Assembly: GCA_903822495.1 (NCBI GenBank)
Contig: CAIJPD010000043.1
Coordinates: 46 to 64,045, forward strand
DNA from: an uncultured Chloroflexota bacterium
Lineage (GTDB): Bacteria > Chloroflexota > Limnocylindria > Limnocylindrales > CSP1-4
Direction of reading: 5' to 3'
DNA: 64,000 nucleotides
The notes under the pieces were generated by a model. That model saw only the letters and a program-made list of their open reading frames with translations, made no database searches and was not told the origin of the DNA. Made by a program: the position numbers and the translations under genes. Below are positions 48,644-58,667 of this stretch, in pieces. Position 1 is the first letter of the stretch, and the number at the start of each line of letters is the position of its first letter.

Positions 48644-48792
48644 GCGGGCCTGTAGCGGGACAACGTCGAGGCCGGGTCATGATAGGCGCCGGGCATGGGA
48701 CCGCTGGTCGAGCGACGTCCGACACGGAATCCACGCCCACGTAGCCGACGCGGAGCCTGCCGGCAGGGCGCACCCAAGGCGGCACGGCCCGC

Positions 48793-49776
48793 CTAGTACG
48801 CAGCCAGCTTGCGGATCCCTGCCGCGATCTTGTCCGGGTTGACCATGAACCAGTCCTCCAGGACGTGGCTGTATGGCACCCCGGGTACGTCTGGGCCGGC
48901 GATGCGCGTCACCGGCGCGTCGAGGTAGTCGAACACCTCCTCGGCCACCAGCGCCGCGATCTCCGCGCCGTAGCCGCCGAACCGGTTGTCCTCGTAGGCG
49001 ATCAGGCACTTGCCGGTCTTGCGGACCGAGTTCAGGACCGTCTCGGTGTCGAGCGGGCGGAGCGTCCGCAGGTCGATCACCTCGACGCTGATCCCCTCCT
49101 CGGCCACGCGGGCGGCGGCCTCAAGCGCGTGATGGGCCATCAGCCCATAGGCGATGACCGTCACCTGCGTCCCGGCCCGCGTAATGGCCGCGGAGCCCAG
49201 CGGCGTCACGTAGTCGGTGTCCGGCACCTCGCCCCGGACGGAGCGGTAGAGCTTCTTGTGTTCCAGGAAGAGCACCGGATCAGGGTCGCGGATCGCCGAG
49301 CGGAGCAGCCCGCGGGCATCCAGCGGCGTCGACGGCACCACCACCTTGATCCCCGGGATGTGCGTGAAGAACGCCTCAACGGACTGGCTGTGGTACAGCG
49401 CGCCGTGCACCCCGCCGCCGTACGGGGTGCGGATCACCATGGGCAGCCCCACGGCGTTGTTGGTCCGGTAGCGCATCCGGGCGGCCTGCGACTGGATCTG
49501 GTTGAACGCCGGGAAGATGAAGTCGGCGAACTGGATCTCCGCGACGGGCCGTAGCCCGTTGATTGCGGCGCCGATGCTGACGCCCACGATCATCGATTCG
49601 GTCAGCGGCGTGTCGATGACGCGCGCCTCGCCGAACTCGGCCTGCAGGCCGTCCGTCGCCAGGAAGACGCCGCCCTTGAGCCCCACGTCCTCGCCCAGCA
49701 CGATGATCGACGGGTCGCGCCGCATCTCCTGGGCCAGCGTCGTGCGGATCGCCTCGATGAAGGTGCGGACGGCCAT
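48793..49776 (-). CDS. 2-oxoacid dehydrogenase E1 beta (BkdAB-like)
   Basis: GEDVG...GGVF, DTPLTE, EIQFADF and GALYHSQ. Confidence 0.95.
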   Translation of the reverse strand: MAVRTFIEAIRTTLAQEMRRDPSIIVLGEDVGLKGGVFLATDGLQAEFGEARVIDTPLTESMIVGVSIGAAINGLRPVAEIQFADFIFPAFNQIQSQAARMRYRTNNAVGLPMVIRTPYGGGVHGALYHSQSVEAFFTHIPGIKVVVPSTPLDARGLLRSAIRDPDPVLFLEHKKLYRSVRGEVPDTDYVTPLGSAAITRAGTQVTVIAYGLMAHHALEAAARVAEEGISVEVIDLRTLRPLDTETVLNSVRKTGKCLIAYEDNRFGGYGAEIAALVAEEVFDYLDAPVTRIAGPDVPGVPYSHVLEDWFMVNPDKIAAGIRKLAAY

Positions 49777-50876
49777 CAGTCGCGCCCCGTCCCATCGCCC
49801 CAGGCGGGTGGGCGCTCGCCGGGCCAGTCCTCGGCGAAGACCCAGCTCGAGGCCGACTCCAGGGTGGGGTCGGCCGCGGCCTCGGCGAAGCGCGTCGCGT
49901 CCTCGACCGCCTCCCCGATCTCGGCGGCCATGGCGGCCTCGGCCTCCGCCGTGAGCACCCCGGCCGCGCGAAGCTGCCCGCGGAAGGCCGGCAGCGGGTC
50001 CAGGGCGCGATGCGCGGCGATCTCCTCCTCGCTCCGGTAGCGGGTCTGCTGGTCGTCCGACGAATGGGCCGTGAGGCGCTCCACCTTGGCCTCGATCAGG
50101 GTGGGCCCCTCCCCGGCCCGGGCGCGCCGCACGGCCTCCCTGGCGGCCACGTAGCAGCCCACGACATCCGTCCCGCGGACGATCACGCCCGGGATCCCGA
50201 ACGCGGCCGCACGCGCCGCGACGTCGTCGACCGGCAGCTCACGCGCGGACGGCACGCTGATCGCGTAGCCGTTGTTCTCGACGACGTAGACGAACGGCAG
50301 CCGGTGGATGGCGGCGAAGTTCAGCGCCTCGTGGACATCCCCCTGGTTGGAGGACCCCTCGCCCGTCGAGGTGACCACCACCTCCCCCGTCCCCCGAAGC
50401 TTCGCCGCCAGGGCGATCCCAACGGCGTGGAGCACCTGCGACGCGACCGGCGAGCTGACCGACAGGATCTTCCGCCCGATGTGGCCGTAGTGGTTGGGCA
50501 TCTGGCGACCGCCCGACGACGGGTCATCGGCGCGCGCGTAGGACCCCAGAAGGATCTCGCGCGGGGTCAGCCCCATCCGGAGGACGGCCGTGATGGACCG
50601 GTAGTACGGGGCCAGCCAGTCCTCGCCCGGGCGGAGCGCCCAGGTGATGCCGGCCTGGGCGCCCTCGTGGCCCTGGCCGCTGATGACAAACGCCACGCGC
50701 CCGGAGCGGTTGAGGATCCACATGCGCTCGTCGAGGGCGCGTCCCAGGGCCATCACGCGGTAGAGGCCCAGCAGGTCGTCCCGCGTCAGCCCGGCGGATG
50801 CCGCGACACCCAGCCAGCGCGCCCCCGGTTCGCCCGGCGCCGCCAGGTCGCCCGGCTGGTTTGCGGAGACGTCCAT
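49776..50876 (-). CDS. 2-oxoacid dehydrogenase E1 alpha (BkdAA-like)
   Basis: SGQGHEGAQ, PYYR, SGGRQMPNH, TPP motif GEGSSNQG...ENNGYAIS and AHSSDD. Start trimmed from the over-extended ORF. Confidence 0.93.
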   Translation of the reverse strand: MDVSANQPGDLAAPGEPGARWLGVAASAGLTRDDLLGLYRVMALGRALDERMWILNRSGRVAFVISGQGHEGAQAGITWALRPGEDWLAPYYRSITAVLRMGLTPREILLGSYARADDPSSGGRQMPNHYGHIGRKILSVSSPVASQVLHAVGIALAAKLRGTGEVVVTSTGEGSSNQGDVHEALNFAAIHRLPFVYVVENNGYAISVPSARELPVDDVAARAAAFGIPGVIVRGTDVVGCYVAAREAVRRARAGEGPTLIEAKVERLTAHSSDDQQTRYRSEEEIAAHRALDPLPAFRGQLRAAGVLTAEAEAAMAAEIGEAVEDATRFAEAAADPTLESASSWVFAEDWPGERPPAWGDGTGRD

Positions 50877-50902
50877 TCGCGGTTCGGCGCCTCCGTGGGC
50901 CG

Positions 50903-52342
50903 TCAGAAGTTGATCGACCGGCCGTCGACCGCCATCGCCGCCTCGCCGAGGATCTCGGACAGGGTGGGATGGGCGTGGGTGGTGTTGCCGATCTCCCAGG
51001 CCGTGGCGTCCAGCGTGAACGCCAGGGACGCCTCGGCGATCAGGTCCGTCGCGTGCGGGCCGATGATGTGGACCCCCAGCGTGTCGCCCGTCTCCGGGTT
51101 GCTGATGATCTTGGCGAAGCCCTCGTACTCGCCGCCGATGATCGCCTTGCCGATCGCCTGGAAGGGCACCTTGCCCACCTTGTACGGCAGGGACTGGGCG
51201 CGGCACTGCTCCTCGGTTCGGCCGATGGACGCAATCTCGGGGTGGCAGTACGTGGCGCGCGGCTGGGCGTTGTAGTCGAAGCCGTGGACGTCCGGGTCGC
51301 CAACGATCGTATGGACGGCGGTCAGGCCCTCGTGCGCCGCGACGTGCGCCAGCCAGAGCCCGCCCACGATGTCGCCGATCGCGTAGACGTGCGGCTCCCT
51401 GGTGCGCATGTGTGCGTCCACCTTGATCACGCCGCGCTCCGTCTCGATCCGCGTGGTCTCGAGGCCGATGTTCTCGATGTTCGCCGCCCGGCCGATCGCG
51501 ACCAGGAGGAGGTCGAACGACAGCTCCTTGGCCTCCCCGCCTTCGGGACCGACCGTGATCCGAACGGAGTCCTCGTCCGAACGAACCCCCGCGACATCGA
51601 AGCGGGCATTGGTCATGACGGTGATGCCGCGCTTGGTGAAGCTGCGCACGAGCGCGGCGCTGACATCGTCGTCCTCGAGTGGCACGATGGCGGGCAGGTA
51701 TTCGATGAGCGTCACCTTGACGCCCATGTCGTGGAAGAACGAGGCGAACTCCACGCCGACCGCGCCGGCACCCACGATGGCGATGGAGGCCGGCAGCGTC
51801 TCCAGGCGGAGGATGTCGTCGGAGGTGACGATCCGGCGGCCATCCGGGACCAGCCCCGGCAGGCTCCTGGTCCGCGAGCCCGTGGCCAGGATGACGTCCG
51901 TGGCTTCCAGGATCCGCTCGCCGCCGGCACCCGGCGTCCCGTCCTCGCCCGCGAGCGTGACGACCACCTTGCCCGGCCCGTCGAGGCGGCCGCGGCCCTG
52001 GACCCACGTCACCTTGTTCTTGGTGACCAGCGACTTGAGGCCGGTCCACATCCGCTTCACGACCTGGTCGCGCCGGGCCGCGATCTTGGCGAAGTCCGCG
52101 ACGGGTTCACCCACCGTGATGCCCAGGTCGGCCGCGTGGCGGATCCGGTCGGCCAGCGCCGCGGATTCCAGCAGCGCCTTGGTGGGGATGCAGCCCCGAT
52201 GGAGGCATGTCCCGCCGATCTTGTCCTCGTCGACAAGGGCCACGCGGAGACCCAGCTGGGCGGCCCGGAAGGCCGCGCTGTAGCCGCCCGTGCCCGCACC
52301 GAGCACGACGAGATCGAAGTCGTTGGACGAACCGGCGGCCAT
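50903..52342 (-). CDS. lpdA: Dihydrolipoyl dehydrogenase (E3)
   Basis: GAGTGG, GGTCLHRGCIP, GAGAVG and HAHPTLSE. Confidence 0.95.
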   Translation of the reverse strand: MAAGSSNDFDLVVLGAGTGGYSAAFRAAQLGLRVALVDEDKIGGTCLHRGCIPTKALLESAALADRIRHAADLGITVGEPVADFAKIAARRDQVVKRMWTGLKSLVTKNKVTWVQGRGRLDGPGKVVVTLAGEDGTPGAGGERILEATDVILATGSRTRSLPGLVPDGRRIVTSDDILRLETLPASIAIVGAGAVGVEFASFFHDMGVKVTLIEYLPAIVPLEDDDVSAALVRSFTKRGITVMTNARFDVAGVRSDEDSVRITVGPEGGEAKELSFDLLLVAIGRAANIENIGLETTRIETERGVIKVDAHMRTREPHVYAIGDIVGGLWLAHVAAHEGLTAVHTIVGDPDVHGFDYNAQPRATYCHPEIASIGRTEEQCRAQSLPYKVGKVPFQAIGKAIIGGEYEGFAKIISNPETGDTLGVHIIGPHATDLIAEASLAFTLDATAWEIGNTTHAHPTLSEILGEAAMAVDGRSINF

Positions 52343-52580
52343 CTGTCAGGAGAACCCCACGCTGCGGCACACCCGCGGGGCGGGTGGAAGAAGTGGAACC
52401 ATGCTACGCGCCGACTCGCGAGGGGCGCAACAGCCCGTCCGGCCCCTTGCCGCGGCCGACTGTACGGCGCCGCGAGCAGCACCGTCGGGCGCTGAGCGCC
52501 CGTCGTGGTGGTCCGGCCCGGTGCTAGACTCCGCGACCGGTGGCGCCCGGACCGGCCGGGTCGCTGGCTTGAAGGTGACC

Positions 52581-53228
52581 GTGAACACGCTGCAGATCGC
52601 GCTCCTGGCGGCCGCCGCCTACCTGTGTGGGTCCATCCCCATGGGGGTGCTGGTGGCCAGGCTGACCGGTGGGACGGATCCTCGGACCGTCGGCTCGGGG
52701 CGCACGGGCGGCACCAACGCCCTCCGCGCGCTGGGCCGCAAGTGGGCGTTGGTCGTGGTGACGGGCGACATCCTCAAGGGCACCTTCCCGGTGCTGCTGG
52801 CTCGCCTGGCGAGCGGCGGTGACGCCGGCGTCGAGGTGCTGTGCGCCGGGGCGGCCGTGATCGGATCGTCGAACTCGATCTTCGTGGGCTTCCGCGGCGG
52901 ACGCGGCGTGGGCGCCGGCGTCGGCACCCTGCTGATCATCCAGCCGCTGGTGATCCCGCTCGTGGCACCGGTCTTCGTCGGGGTGATCCTGGTGACGCGC
53001 TACGTGTCACTTGGGTCCCTGCTGGGCTCGGCGGCGATCCTGCCGGGCATGCTCCTGGTCTGGGCGGTGGCGCCCGGTGCCGTGCCGACGGCCTACCTCG
53101 CGTGGGCCGTGATCGGCCCGGCGCTGGTCTGGCTGGCCCACCGCGACAACGTCCTCCGCCTGCTCCGCCACGAGGAGCGCAAGTTCGACCTGGGCATGCT
53201 GGGCAAGCGCCGGAACGGCGCGGGATAG
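52581..53228 (+). CDS. plsY: Glycerol-3-phosphate acyltransferase PlsY
   Basis: YLCGSIP, GSGRTGGTN, DILKG, FRGGRGV and HRDNVLRL. Confidence 0.9.
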   Translation: MNTLQIALLAAAAYLCGSIPMGVLVARLTGGTDPRTVGSGRTGGTNALRALGRKWALVVVTGDILKGTFPVLLARLASGGDAGVEVLCAGAAVIGSSNSIFVGFRGGRGVGAGVGTLLIIQPLVIPLVAPVFVGVILVTRYVSLGSLLGSAAILPGMLLVWAVAPGAVPTAYLAWAVIGPALVWLAHRDNVLRLLRHEERKFDLGMLGKRRNGAG

Positions 53229-53329
53229 GGTTCGGCGGGCGCCGCGTGGTGAGTCCACGCACGGTCACCGCATCCGGGCCGGCGCACCCGCAGGTGACGG
53301 CCCACGACGACAGTGGGGACGGCGAGCGC

Positions 53330-54937
53330 ATGAACAACGCGGACCTCATGGTCAAGATGCTGGCGGAGGCCGGCGTCACACGCGGCTTCGGCATCCCCAG
53401 CGGCAACGTGCTGCCGTTCATCGAGGCCATGCGCGCGGGCGGCATCGACTTCGTGTTGACGGCGCATGAGGGCTCGGCCGCCTTCGCCGCCGATGTGACC
53501 GGCCGCATGACGGGTGTCCCGGGGCTGTGCATCGCCACCCTCGGCCCAGGCGCTACCAACCTGACCACCGGCGTGGGGAGCGCCTGGCTCGACCGATCGC
53601 CGCTCATCGCCATCACCTGCAACGTGCCCACCAGCCAACTCGGGCGGCGAGTGCAGATGGCGATCGACCACCACGCGCTCTTCGCGCCAATCACCAAGGC
53701 GAGCCTCGCCGCCCGCTTCGACAACGTGGCCGAGGTGACGGCGGCGGCAATCCGGATCGCGATGACGGAGCCCCGCGGACCGGTGCACATCGACCTTCCG
53801 GAAGACGTATCCGTGGCCCCGGCGTCGGATCGCAGCACCCCGACGACCGCCCCGGCTGCCCCGAGGCTCGCCGACGACGCGGAGATCACGCGCGCCGCCG
53901 CGATCATCGCCGGCGCCCGTCGGCCGGTCGCGGTGCTGGGCAACTCGGCCACGCGGATGGCGCATCCCGAGCGCCTCCGCGCCTTTGTCGAGCAGCATGG
54001 CCTGCCCGTCGCTACCACCACCATGGCCAAAGGCCTGATCGACGACGACCACCCCCTGGCCATCGGCTGCATCGAGCGGGCGCGACGCCAGGAACAGCGG
54101 CGGTTCATCCAGCAATGCGACCTGGTCATCGGACTGGGCTACGACACGGTAGAGGTGGAGTACGAGGCCTGGATCGGCGACCGTCCACTCCTCGCCATCG
54201 ACATCGAAGCGCCGGACCTCGCGCCATCGGTGACCCTCGCGGGCACCGTGATCGGCGATCTCGACGACTCCCTGGACCGGCTGAGCCGGCGCCCGGCGCC
54301 CGGCAACGACTGGCAGGAGGGGGAAATCGTCCGGCACAAGGCCGCCTTCCAGGCGGCGCTCCGGCCGGTTGGTCGAGGCCTGACGCCGCACGCGGTGATC
54401 GACGCGTGCCGTGCGGCGTTGCCGCGGGGCGGGATCGGGTCGTTCGACGTCGGCGCCCATACGCACCAGATCGCCAGCCAGTGGGCCGCGCACGAGCCGC
54501 GCACCTTCCTGGCCACGAACGGCTGGTCGTCGATGGGCTTCGGGCTGCCCGGGGCGATCGCCGCGAAGCTGGCGGCACCCGACCGGCCGGTCCTCTGCCT
54601 CATCGGCGACGGCTGTTTCCAGATGACCTGCGGCGAGCTTGCCACCGCGCGGCGGGCCGGCATCACGCTCCCGGTCGTGGTGATCGACGACCGCTGGCTC
54701 AGCCTCATCCGCGTCAAGCAGGCGCGCCGCGGGCTCGCGCCGTACGGCTCCTGGCTGGGCCCGGCAGTGGAGGGCCGGCGCACGCCACCGAGCCACTACT
54801 TCGGCGTCCCGGCGGTCGGCGTCCGAACAGCCAGGGGCCTGCGCGATGCCCTGGCCGCCGCGTTCCTGGCCGACGGCCCGACCGTCATCGAGGCGGCCGT
54901 CGACCCTGCTCAGTACATGGACACGGTGTTCGACTGA
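53330..54937 (+). CDS. Thiamine-pyrophosphate-dependent enzyme (acetolactate synthase large-subunit family)
   Basis: AHEGSAAF, TLGPGATN, GPVHIDLPED, SMGFGLPGA and GDGCF. Confidence 0.88.
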   Translation: MNNADLMVKMLAEAGVTRGFGIPSGNVLPFIEAMRAGGIDFVLTAHEGSAAFAADVTGRMTGVPGLCIATLGPGATNLTTGVGSAWLDRSPLIAITCNVPTSQLGRRVQMAIDHHALFAPITKASLAARFDNVAEVTAAAIRIAMTEPRGPVHIDLPEDVSVAPASDRSTPTTAPAAPRLADDAEITRAAAIIAGARRPVAVLGNSATRMAHPERLRAFVEQHGLPVATTTMAKGLIDDDHPLAIGCIERARRQEQRRFIQQCDLVIGLGYDTVEVEYEAWIGDRPLLAIDIEAPDLAPSVTLAGTVIGDLDDSLDRLSRRPAPGNDWQEGEIVRHKAAFQAALRPVGRGLTPHAVIDACRAALPRGGIGSFDVGAHTHQIASQWAAHEPRTFLATNGWSSMGFGLPGAIAAKLAAPDRPVLCLIGDGCFQMTCGELATARRAGITLPVVVIDDRWLSLIRVKQARRGLAPYGSWLGPAVEGRRTPPSHYFGVPAVGVRTARGLRDALAAAFLADGPTVIEAAVDPAQYMDTVFD

Positions 54938-55055
54938 CGCCCCGCGGTCGGCCGCGAGACCGCCCGGGAATCGATCGACCCGAGTCGGCTGACGACCCGG
55001 GTCGGGGATCTACGCTGGTTCGGCGGGCCCCCGGTGGGCCCGCACCGAGAGGAGA

Positions 55056-55454
55056 TCAGCCGCCGCGCATGCTCCGGAAGCAGTCGCTGCAGTAAACGGG
55101 CTTGCCGCTGGTGGGACGGAACGGCACCTGGGCGTCGCGGCCGCAGTTGCTGCACGTCGCCGTGAACATCTCGCGGGGGCCGCGATCACGGCTGCCGTAG
55201 CCGCCGCCGCTGCTCTCGCCGTAGCCACCGGCGCTGTAGCCGCCGCCCGCACCGTAGCTGCCGTAGCTGCTACCGCCGCCGCCGCCACCGCCGCCGCCGC
55301 CCGTCGCGCCGCGCGAAGCCTTGCGGCTGGCTCGGCAGGTTGGGCAGCGACGCGGCTCCGTGAAGCCACGCTGCGCGTAGAAATCCTGCTCCGACGCGGT
55401 GAACACAAACTGCTGTCCGCAGTCGGCACAGGCCAGGGTCTTGTCGCTGTACAC
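55056..55454 (-). CDS. Zinc-ribbon / CxxC-x17-CxxC domain protein with Gly-rich linker
   Basis: CADC...EQDFY...PRRCPTC and CSNC-x17-CSDC; GTG start with GAGGAG RBS. Confidence 0.92.
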   Translation of the reverse strand: MYSDKTLACADCGQQFVFTASEQDFYAQRGFTEPRRCPTCRASRKASRGATGGGGGGGGGGSSYGSYGAGGGYSAGGYGESSGGGYGSRDRGPREMFTATCSNCGRDAQVPFRPTSGKPVYCSDCFRSMRGG

Positions 55455-55460
55455 GGTACG

Positions 55461-55591
55461 AAAAAACTCCTCTCGGCAACCACGCGAGTCCCCGTGTTTC
55501 TCGCGTCAGCCGTGAGAGGAGTCGGAGTCGACGTGAAGCCTGATCTGAAGCCTCGGGAACGCTTCCCTAGGCGTTACGAGGCGGGAGTCTA
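55461..55591 (-). promoter_or_regulatory. Structured 5' leader with RBS-sequestering hairpin; -10 TAGACT
   Basis: ACTCCTCTC (55466-55474) and GAGAGGAGT (55514-55522) form an inverted repeat around an inner ACGCGAG/CTCGCGT stem. A second stem spans 55550-55582; -10 at 55586-55591. Confidence 0.55.
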
Positions 55592-55716
55592 CGCGGCAAT
55601 TTCAGAATTGCATAGCCCCATTCGCCGAGATTCTCGAACGATTTCGGGGCCAGGATTCCGCCGATCCGATCACGTTGTCGGTGAAATCCCGCGCACGCGA
55701 CCGGATGGGCCGAGGG

Positions 55717-55977
55717 TCACCCCTCCGGGGGCCGGCGGCCGGCGATCCGCCACAGGATCCAGGCGGTCACGATCAGCAGCAGGATGATCGCGAGGGGCGT
55801 GTGGAAGACCACGCGCTGCACGTCGTCGGGGAGCGCGCTGGTCGCCATGGCGGCCCCCAGGACGGCCACGACCACCAGGGCCGCGATGACCAGGACCTCG
55901 CGCAGCGCCCGGCGCCATGGGACCAGCGGGGCGAGGTCGTCGGCCGGCTCATGCGTCGGTCCGTCGACCGCCGTCAT
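55717..55977 (-). CDS. Small hypothetical membrane protein (2 TM)
   Basis: Two hydrophobic helices; 4-bp overlap with the nnrE stop. Confidence 0.75.
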   Translation of the reverse strand: MTAVDGPTHEPADDLAPLVPWRRALREVLVIAALVVVAVLGAAMATSALPDDVQRVVFHTPLAIILLLIVTAWILWRIAGRRPPEG

Positions 55978-56792
55978 GCCCGATCGGCCTCCGGCGGGAT
56001 CCCGATCGGCGCGACCAGCACCTTGCCCGCCAGCCGACCGCCAATCCGCGTCAGCAGCCCGCTCTTGGGGCGATGGAACGTGACGGTGAGGTCCGCCTGG
56101 ACGACCGGGTCGGACGGCTCACCGGAGGTCAGATCGACAGCCGTGGGCGTGTCCACGGCGACCACCGGCACCCCGTCGGCGCGGGCGCGCAAGACGATCT
56201 CGACCGCCCCGCGGATGGGGTCGCGGAGGGAACCGCGAGTCCCGGTGCCGAGCAGGGCATCGACCACGACCGCGGCCTTCTCGATCCCCTGGGCGATGAT
56301 CGACAGGTCGCGCGCGTTGGACGCATGCATCCTGGTCACGTGCTCGTGGCCGTCGAGCCGGTCCCAGTTCCGGGCAGATTCCGTGGTGCGCGGGCGCGCC
56401 TCGCTGGCGACGAAGACGACGATGACGCGGGCGCCCTGCCCGGCGAGGTAGCGCGCGGCGACGAAGCCATCGCCCCCGTTGTTGCCGGGGCCGCACAGGA
56501 TGAGGATGGGGCCACTCCCCCACCGGCCCAGGTCGACGGCGAGCGAACGGACGGCCGCGGCGACCGCGGTCCCGGCGTGCTCCATGAGCCGTTGGGCAGG
56601 GACCCCGAAGGCCTGCGCGCGACGGTCGGCGCCGGCCATGGCCTCGGCCGAGATCGGGGTGCGCGCCTCTGCCCCGGACCAGCGGCGACGAAGCCCGCGC
56701 AGGTCGAGCGTGAAGATCACTGGGTCGTCTGCCGGGAGCGGGCCGTCGGGGGCGACAACCTGCGGGGCGGGCGACGGCGGTTGGGGTTCCAT
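55974..56792 (-). CDS. nnrE: NAD(P)H-hydrate epimerase (YjeF_N)
   Basis: LMEHAG, CGPGNNGGDG, DALLGTG and AVDTPT. Confidence 0.9.
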   Translation of the reverse strand: MEPQPPSPAPQVVAPDGPLPADDPVIFTLDLRGLRRRWSGAEARTPISAEAMAGADRRAQAFGVPAQRLMEHAGTAVAAAVRSLAVDLGRWGSGPILILCGPGNNGGDGFVAARYLAGQGARVIVVFVASEARPRTTESARNWDRLDGHEHVTRMHASNARDLSIIAQGIEKAAVVVDALLGTGTRGSLRDPIRGAVEIVLRARADGVPVVAVDTPTAVDLTSGEPSDPVVQADLTVTFHRPKSGLLTRIGGRLAGKVLVAPIGIPPEADRA

Positions 56793-56848
56793 GGGAGCGC
56801 AAGGGTAGCCGAGGCGAGCACGGCCCGTGGCGACCACCCCTGCGCGAC

Positions 56849-57904
56849 TCAGGCGAGCGGGAGCCGTCCTCGCCCGGGGTCGGCCGGGTCACGCTGGGCC
56901 AGTCCCTCGCGCTCCAGGGCCGCCAATGCGCCGGCCACCGCCACGGCGGGATGCCCGCCGATGGCCTCCCGCAGGTCCACCCAGTCGCCATCCGCGGCGT
57001 CGCGCAGGCGATCGAGGATCCGGCCGCGCAGCCAGCGGGCGGTGGTTTCGAAGGGGGCGGCCGCCTCGCGCGTCCGGGCGGGCCGCGGCGTCTTGGGCAT
57101 CGCCGCACCCGTCTCGCCGCGCCCACCTGCCGCCCGAGCCACTCCGGTGCGGCACCATGGGAGGGCCGGGCAGGCGGCGCAGCGTGGGTTGCGCGGCTTG
57201 CAGAAGACCGCCCCAATATCCATCAGCGCGTGCGTCCAGTGACCGGGCCGGCTCAGCGGCACCGATGCGTCGGCCATCGCCTGGATCTCGCGGGGCGAGG
57301 TCGCCCTGGTGGCCGTGGCCCCGGCGCCAGGGGCGTCTGCCGCATCCACCGCCGCGTCTGCTGCCCCCTCCCCTGCCAGGGACCGCAGCAGGACCCTTCG
57401 AACATTGGTGTCCACCGCGCCCACTGGCTGCCCAAAGGCCAGCGCGGCCACCGCCCGGGCGGTGTACGGCCCGATCCCCGGCAGGCGTTCCAGCTCCGCG
57501 ACGTCCCGCGGGAGGTCGCCGCCGTGGGCCTCCGTGACCACGGTCGCGGTGGCCCGGAGCGCGAGGGCGCGGCGGTTGTAGCCCAGCCCGCGCCACGCCC
57601 GCAGGACGTCGGCCGGGGAGGCGGCCGCGAGCGCCGCGAACGTCGGAAAGGCGATAAGGAACCGGCCCCACGCGTCGGCCGCCCGGGCGGCCTGAGTCTG
57701 CTGCGCCATCGCCTCCGAGACCAGAATCGCGTAGGGATCCGTGGTGCCGCGAAACGCCAGGTATCGGCCCTGGGCGTCGTACCAGGTCAGGATGGCGTCG
57801 CGCATGGCGTCGGGCACACGCCGGATCGCGGGCCCATCGGGCGCGCTCGCCTCGGCGGACCCTGCGGCCGGCCCCGCCGTGGCGGATCGCGTGCCGGTCC
57901 CCAC
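56849..57904 (-). CDS. mutY: A/G-specific adenine glycosylase (short form)
   Basis: LVSEAMAQQT, WRGLGYNRRA, HhH LPGIGPYTA, VDTNV and Fe-S motif CKPRNPRCAACPALPWC. Start 57904 or 57805. Confidence 0.9.
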   Translation of the reverse strand: MGTGTRSATAGPAAGSAEASAPDGPAIRRVPDAMRDAILTWYDAQGRYLAFRGTTDPYAILVSEAMAQQTQAARAADAWGRFLIAFPTFAALAAASPADVLRAWRGLGYNRRALALRATATVVTEAHGGDLPRDVAELERLPGIGPYTARAVAALAFGQPVGAVDTNVRRVLLRSLAGEGAADAAVDAADAPGAGATATRATSPREIQAMADASVPLSRPGHWTHALMDIGAVFCKPRNPRCAACPALPWCRTGVARAAGGRGETGAAMPKTPRPARTREAAAPFETTARWLRGRILDRLRDAADGDWVDLREAIGGHPAVAVAGALAALEREGLAQRDPADPGRGRLPLA

Positions 57905-57905
57905 C

Positions 57906-58667
57906 TCAGCGAGCGAGCATGAGCGCGACGACGAGGAGCACCAGCCCGGCGATCGCGGCCACCAGGTCCCGTGGCTGCCAGCGGAGGTCGCGGTACCAGG
58001 TCCGCTCCCCCAGCCCGAACGCGCGGGCATCCATCGCCAGCGCCAGCGCGTCCCCCTGCCGGATGGCCCGGACCAGCAGCCCCAGGAGCAGCCGCGGATG
58101 CCACGTCCAGCGCATGCCGCGGATCCGCCGCGAGGCGCGGAGCGCGCCCAGGTCGTCGGCCAGCCGCGGGATGGACTGGTAGGCGGCCAGCGCGCCATAC
58201 CCGAACCGGGGGGAGACGCCGGCCTGCCGGACGAGCGAATCGACCAGCCGCGTGGAATCGGTGGTCTGGCTGAAGGTCACCGCCGTCGTCCCGATCGCCA
58301 CGATCCGGGCGAACAGCCCTACGGCCGTGAGCAGGGCGGGGGTCGTGATCCGGAGGGGACCCAGGGCGACCGCGACGACGGCCGCGGGGTCGGCGTTGTG
58401 GGTCGAGAAGACCGCGCTGAACACGGCGATCCCGCCGGCGGCGATGGCGAGGGGCGCGGCGCCGCGGGCGAACCTCGAGACCGGCACGGCGCCCAGGGTC
58501 ACAGCAGCCACGACGCCGACCAGGGCGAGGACCATGGGCGGCCGAGCGTCGGTGGTGAGGGCCAGGCCGGCCAGCCAGGCGAAGGCAATGCCCAGCTTGA
58601 TGACGGGGCTCACGCGGCCCAGCCGGCTGTCGAGCTGCGAGTCCGGGACCACGAGCTGGACGATCAC
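57906..58667 (-). CDS. ECF transporter T component (YkoC-like)
   Basis: TM helices plus RIRG and AMDARAF Arg motifs. Confidence 0.88.
   Translation of the reverse strand: MIVQLVVPDSQLDSRLGRVSPVIKLGIAFAWLAGLALTTDARPPMVLALVGVVAAVTLGAVPVSRFARGAAPLAIAAGGIAVFSAVFSTHNADPAAVVAVALGPLRITTPALLTAVGLFARIVAIGTTAVTFSQTTDSTRLVDSLVRQAGVSPRFGYGALAAYQSIPRLADDLGALRASRRIRGMRWTWHPRLLLGLLVRAIRQGDALALAMDARAFGLGERTWYRDLRWQPRDLVAAIAGLVLLVVALMLAR

Noticed and set aside
50877-52049. N-terminal extension of the 757-aa E1-alpha ORF
   Set aside because: It overlaps lpdA out of frame with non-protein-like sequence. The real start is near 50876.
56849-57150. MutY lacking the C-terminal NUDIX-like domain as a pseudogene
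   Set aside because: The ORF is intact, and short MutY proteins with an RxxRGR helical C-terminus are common in high-GC bacteria.
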